IMG/VR virus record: IMGVR_UViG_3300045988_070589
DNA length: 55,553 nt
From: a virus
Strand: one strand, 5' to 3'
Part shown: piece by piece, positions 51,719 to 55,553 of the stretch
Position numbering within the stretch: the first letter of the stretch is position 1
How the letters are laid out: each line of letters begins with the position of its first letter
Made by a program: the position numbers and the translations under genes
The notes under the pieces: generated by a model
Told to the model about the DNA's origin: nothing
The model's input: the letters and a program-made list of their open reading frames with translations, nothing else
Databases searched by the model: none

Positions 51719-52090
51719 ATGTTAAAAGCAAGAAAAGCAAATAGAGTATTGAAGATCCCGGACGAAAAGAAAAAAACATATATTGCCCTGGGATATACGA
51801 TCACAGATATGGACGGTAATATGATCCATGAACACGTAGAACCTTCTGAAAAGCTGGAACAGGCAGAGAAAGAGATCCAGGATCTGAAAGAAAAGCTGGA
51901 GGAGGCTTCCAAGTATGCTGAAAATGCAGATAAGAAGATCGAGGATCTGGAGAAGAAAAACGCTGAGGCAGAGAAAGAGATCCAGGATCTGAAAGCCCAG
52001 ATTGCTTCTGCAGGTGCTACAGAACAGGCGGCAACATCGGCTCCAGAAACAAAGAAAACTACAAAGGCATCCTCTAAGGCTGAGAAATAA
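51719..52090 (+). CDS. Coiled-coil protein after the capsid gene (decoration/unknown)
   Basis: 123 aa. EKEIQDLK motif repeated. Confidence 0.5.
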   Translation: MLKARKANRVLKIPDEKKKTYIALGYTITDMDGNMIHEHVEPSEKLEQAEKEIQDLKEKLEEASKYAENADKKIEDLEKKNAEAEKEIQDLKAQIASAGATEQAATSAPETKKTTKASSKAEK

Positions 52091-52145
52091 GCCTCAGAGG
52101 TTCTTTCCTGTTTAGACGGGAAAATCTACGGGAGGTGTATTAAAA

Positions 52146-52559
52146 ATGTCTGACGAGGCTATACAGAAGCCATACGTTGACTATGATTACTATTCCAAGG
52201 ACTACAGAGGTACAGAGGCAAGTAAAACCACTTTTGAGCAGAATCTGAAATGGGCTACGGCTCTGATAGATACAATAACCTTCGGACGGATCAGGAGCCT
52301 GGAGGTTATCCCTGACTGCGTGAAAGATGCGATATGCTGTGCAGTTGAGAAATACTCCACATACCAAAAACTCCGGAACCAGGAATTGAAGTCTGAGAGC
52401 AACGATGGATATTCAGTATCATACGCCGATGCCGGGAAAGAATCAGATATGCGTCAGGAAGTGATCGCTGACATGAAGATCTATCTGTCCGGCACTGGCT
52501 TAACATACAGAGGGAGGTCAAGGAAGTATGATTACAAACCAGGACATCACTATTTTTAA
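52146..52559 (+). CDS. Head-tail connector (gp6/gp15-like adaptor)
   Basis: 137 aa. Assigned from position and size in the Sfi11/A118-type gene order. Confidence 0.5.
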   Translation: MSDEAIQKPYVDYDYYSKDYRGTEASKTTFEQNLKWATALIDTITFGRIRSLEVIPDCVKDAICCAVEKYSTYQKLRNQELKSESNDGYSVSYADAGKESDMRQEVIADMKIYLSGTGLTYRGRSRKYDYKPGHHYF

Positions 52560-53010
52560 CCTTCGCCTGGACAAAAAAACCCGGAGGGAGGTTTTCATCC
52601 CTACCAACATTTCGGAGGTATCATTCGTGGATATGAGATCTTCCGGAGGATCAGCCTCAGAACGTGAAGAGAATCTGCATTTTAGAATCAGGATCCCAGT
52701 AAATGCCAGAGTGCAGGATTCACGGACATACATCTCAGAGGACAAATACAAGCTCCTAGACGATGAAGAGGCTAAGAAACATTGGACGTTGCAGAAAGGC
52801 TGTTACATCATTACCGGAACCATTTTCTACAATGGAGAATGGAAGTTTGATGATTTTGATTTCAGCAGTGAAGTTATTACATCGTCACGGATCCGGGACT
52901 TCCTGGATCTTTTCAAGTATGATCGTGATATCATTCATGTTACCGAGTATGCAGACAACACCCGGAGGGGATCCGATGCCGTAAAACACTGGAGAGTAGG
53001 TGGTGCTTAG
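52528..53010 (+). CDS. Head-tail joining / minor capsid protein
   Basis: 160 aa, AAGGAAG RBS. Assigned from synteny. Confidence 0.45.
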   Translation: MITNQDITIFNLRLDKKTRREVFIPTNISEVSFVDMRSSGGSASEREENLHFRIRIPVNARVQDSRTYISEDKYKLLDDEEAKKHWTLQKGCYIITGTIFYNGEWKFDDFDFSSEVITSSRIRDFLDLFKYDRDIIHVTEYADNTRRGSDAVKHWRVGGA

Positions 53011-53393
53011 TGGCTTTTAAGGAGATCACGACACCAAGAGGTGTTATCATCCAGGGAAAGAACGGGAAAGCAGAACTAAAGTGGGATTCTTCATTTGTTC
53101 CAAAAACAAACCAGAAGTTTACCCGGATGCAGAAATTCGTTGATTCTGAGGTGCTGCGAAGATGCAGCCCCAGAGTACCTTTTCAAACTGGAACGTTGGA
53201 AAAATCCGGAAAACTGGGAACCACAGTAGGAAGCGGAATTGTGGAGTATATTGCACCATACGCCAGAAAACAATACTGGGACACTTCCGAAACGAGAGAT
53301 TATGATCCGAATAGAGGAGCTAAGTGGTTTGAACGAATGAAGGTGGCTGAGAAAGCCGAGATCCTGGAAGGTGCAAGGAAAATAGGAGGATAG
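53010..53393 (+). CDS. Head-tail joining / minor capsid protein
   Basis: 127 aa. GTG overlaps the preceding TAG. …FVDSEVLRRCSPRVPFQTGTLEKSG…YIAPYARKQYW…. Confidence 0.45.
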   Translation: MAFKEITTPRGVIIQGKNGKAELKWDSSFVPKTNQKFTRMQKFVDSEVLRRCSPRVPFQTGTLEKSGKLGTTVGSGIVEYIAPYARKQYWDTSETRDYDPNRGAKWFERMKVAEKAEILEGARKIGG

Positions 53394-53394
53394 C

Positions 53395-53847
53395 ATGGCT
53401 GATTCAATCCTGGAGGGCATTGTCGAACATATTACGGCATGCCCTCTTTTGCAAGATGGGGTATTCCGTGTGGATGCCTTGGGGGATCAGGCTGTGGAGT
53501 ACACGATCGAAACCGGAGTATTTGATCCTGTTATCAAACGTTACGTCAATGGGGACGAAGTGAAGCAGTATCAATTTAATTTTGGGAGCAGAGAGTATTA
53601 CTCCATGGATCGGATCCAGAACATCCAGAACAGCGCATTTTATGAGAAATTCGCAAATTGGATCGAGGATCAGAACCGTAAAGAGATTTATCCGGATCTT
53701 CCGGAAAATTGCTATGCGGAGAAGATAGAAGTGCTTTCCAATGGGTACATGTTTGATGGATCCATGAGAAACGCCAGATACCAGATACAGTTAAGATTGA
53801 TTTACCAGAAGGAGGTAGCACAAGAATGTCAAAACGAACAGCAGTAA
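53395..53847 (+). CDS. Tail-completion / minor capsid protein
   Basis: 150 aa, AGGAGGA RBS. Assigned from synteny. Confidence 0.45.
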   Translation: MADSILEGIVEHITACPLLQDGVFRVDALGDQAVEYTIETGVFDPVIKRYVNGDEVKQYQFNFGSREYYSMDRIQNIQNSAFYEKFANWIEDQNRKEIYPDLPENCYAEKIEVLSNGYMFDGSMRNARYQIQLRLIYQKEVAQECQNEQQ

Positions 53848-54317
53848 TGCGTCACATGATTGCCGATTACCTGAATGTAGGCACTGTTGAAAAAGCGGAG
53901 TATGCACTCATGGGAACCGGATTTACTACCCTGGACGAAAGCCCAGGAGCACAGACAGAATCTGTGAAATATGTCAACGAGAAGAGTTCTTCTTCTTCCG
54001 TGACCGGATATGAAACCAGCTTCCCGTTCGAGGCAGACCATATCCAGGAGGAAAAAGCCGTTGACGCTCTTTACATGGTTGGAAGAAACCATTACACCGG
54101 ATCCGATGCAGAGTTTGAGTATGTAAGAGTTGAACTTTGGAACAAAGGAACAGGTCAGAACGAATTTGAAGCACGAAAATTCCTTGTTTCATGCGAGGTA
54201 TCTGATTATTCCGGAGAAAATAAGCAGGTTGTCAAAGGAAACTTGAATGCAGTTGGGGATCCGATCCTCGGTACATTCAATACGGAGACAAAAACATTCA
54301 CAGCGGCTGCCGAGTAG
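53826..54317 (+). CDS. Major tail protein
   Basis: 163 aa. Last gene before the chaperone pair and the tape measure gene. Confidence 0.65.
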   Translation: MSKRTAVMRHMIADYLNVGTVEKAEYALMGTGFTTLDESPGAQTESVKYVNEKSSSSSVTGYETSFPFEADHIQEEKAVDALYMVGRNHYTGSDAEFEYVRVELWNKGTGQNEFEARKFLVSCEVSDYSGENKQVVKGNLNAVGDPILGTFNTETKTFTAAAE

Positions 54318-54350
54318 GGAGCTGCTGATTTTTAATTCAGGAGGTAAAAA

Positions 54351-54782
54351 ATGAGTAAAGTAACCATTAACGGAGTAGATCTTGAACTGGATCTGATGGA
54401 TGCAGACGTAGTAGAAAAATTCGAGGATTTGAATAAATGGATCGTGAAAAAGATCCAGGATCCTAATGCGTATGAAGGCTTATCAACGGCTGATGGAATG
54501 AGATATCAGTGTACCTGCGTAAATGAATACTTCGATAAACTGTTTGGAGCCGGAACAGCCGAGAAGGTGTTCCACAAGAACAATAACCTGGGAATCCGTA
54601 TGGAGGGATTCGCCCAGGTAACTGCATTGTCTGGAGAGGCGAAAACCTTTATGGATGATCTTTCGGCAAAATACGGATCTGGAAGAGTACAGAACAGGCA
54701 GCAGAGAAGAGCTGAACAGAGAAAAGGTGGCAAAAACAAGCACCAGAACAGAAACAATTTTAATGCCGTAAACAATGGCTAA
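54351..54782 (+). CDS. Tail assembly chaperone
   Basis: 143 aa with a basic C-terminal tail. AGGAGGT RBS. Confidence 0.55.
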   Translation: MSKVTINGVDLELDLMDADVVEKFEDLNKWIVKKIQDPNAYEGLSTADGMRYQCTCVNEYFDKLFGAGTAEKVFHKNNNLGIRMEGFAQVTALSGEAKTFMDDLSAKYGSGRVQNRQQRRAEQRKGGKNKHQNRNNFNAVNNG

Positions 54783-55374
54783 CATCATTCTGGACGTGCT
54801 TCCTGAAACAGTAGAAATAGACGGTGCGGAGTATCGGATCAATTCCGATTTCCGCATTTCTATTCTGTTTGAATTACTCATGCAGGACGATGAGGTGGGA
54901 AAACGTCAGAAACTTATTCAGGGGTTAAAACTTTATTACCCGGAGATTCCACAGAACATGACAGAAGCGGTCGAGAAAATGATCTGGTTTTACAGATGCG
55001 GCAGAGAAACCGAAAGCGATCGCTCAGGATCCGGAGGAAGCGGATCAAAGCAAGTATACTCGTTTGAATATGACGATGACTATATCTATGCGGCTTTCCT
55101 GGAGCAATACGGTATTGATTTACAAGATGTGGAAGATCTTCACTGGTGGAAGTTCAGAGCTTTATTTAAGGCACTGGGAGAGGACACGGAGTTTGTAAAG
55201 ATCATGGGGTATAGAAGTATCAACATAACCTCCACGATGTCTAAGGAACAGAGAGAGTTCTACAAGAAAATGCAGACTGTACACGCCCTTCCTATCCCGG
55301 ATGCCGAAAGAGAGGCAAATGAACTCCTGACAGAAGCTCTGCTACATGGCGGAGATCTTACCGGATTGGTATAA
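54775..55374 (+). CDS. Gp15-family tail assembly protein
   Basis: …ILDVLPETVEIDGAEYRINSDFRISILFELLMQDDE… resembles the A118 Gp15 family. Confidence 0.6.
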   Translation: MANIILDVLPETVEIDGAEYRINSDFRISILFELLMQDDEVGKRQKLIQGLKLYYPEIPQNMTEAVEKMIWFYRCGRETESDRSGSGGSGSKQVYSFEYDDDYIYAAFLEQYGIDLQDVEDLHWWKFRALFKALGEDTEFVKIMGYRSINITSTMSKEQREFYKKMQTVHALPIPDAEREANELLTEALLHGGDLTGLV

Positions 55375-55391
55375 GGAGGTGGCTGCATAGT

Positions 55392-55553
55392 TTGAAAATA
55401 GACAGAAAGAAGTATACCCAGGTGGTTTGTCCTGCATGTGGGTATCGAATGCCTCTTTTTTTTACTGAGGAGGCAGAGTGTAAGGGAGTGCAAGTAGCTT
55501 GTAAAGGGCGAAAGTGCTCTAATGTTTTTGAAGTGAAAATTAAATACGGACAA
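55392..55553 (+). CDS. Small zinc-ribbon protein, 5' part (continues across the circular junction to the stop at window position 111)
   Basis: TTG 55392 after GGAGGTGG. Reads MKIDRKKYTQVVCPACGYRMPLFFTEEAECKGVQVACKGRKCSN…. Confidence 0.4.
   Translation, partial: MKIDRKKYTQVVCPACGYRMPLFFTEEAECKGVQVACKGRKCSNVFEVKIKYGQ
55455..55553. repeat. Terminal overlap, copy 2 (identical to 1-99)
   Basis: Exact identity by direct comparison. Confidence 0.9.

Larger units (their letters stand above)
1..55553. mobile_element. Complete temperate phage (prophage-type) genome assembled as a circle; unit length 55,454 bp
   Basis: Bases 1-99 are identical to 55455-55553. Lysogeny, recombination/replication, packaging, head, tail and lysis modules are all present once. 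Confidence 0.85.

Noticed and set aside
54351-55374. Programmed -1 frameshift between the two tail chaperone ORFs (gpG/gpGT-like).
   Set aside because: The second ORF has its own ATG (54775) overlapping the first ORF's end. I saw no slippery heptamer near the junction.

Overview
This window is a complete, circularly closed genome of a temperate siphovirus-type phage or prophage. Bases 1-99 are identical to 55455-55553, giving a unit length of 55,454 bp. GGAGG-type ribosome-binding sites, SigA-type promoters, an LL-H-type holin, a PG-binding endolysin and a large serine integrase point to a Gram-positive, Clostridia-like host.

Gene order:
- Tape measure, Dit, Tal and fibre-like proteins.
- A diversity-generating retroelement (DGR): target ORF 8975-10654 with VR 10485-10642, TR 10741-10898 and RT 11038-12294. 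No Avd-like gene is visible.
- A lysis cassette.
- An iteron/AT-rich non-coding region.
- About 11 kb of roughly 30 small early/accessory ORFs behind duplicated promoters. These include a LexA-DBD-only protein, a MazF/PemK-like toxin, ASCH, DUF1653, HTH-YopX and a lipoprotein.
- An attP-like region, a large serine integrase, a PD-(D/E)xK-like ORF and a CI/Cro-type switch.
- RecT, DUF1351, a Cas4/RecB-like nuclease, a replisome organiser, a DnaC-like loader and RusA.
- A sigma-like late regulator, followed by a promoter/structured-leader/terminator element.
- A cluster of ParB-like, GT-A glycosyltransferase-like, UDP-sugar-dehydrogenase-like and MgsA_C-like genes.
- A terminase ORF that appears to be a TerS-TerL fusion, then portal and a MuF-like protein.
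- A tandem DUF2829 (Tad2-like) ORF cut by an in-frame TAG.
- Scaffold, capsid, head-tail joining proteins, major tail protein and chaperones.

I saw no rRNA, tRNA or CRISPR array. All family assignments come from motif recognition by eye, not from database searches.
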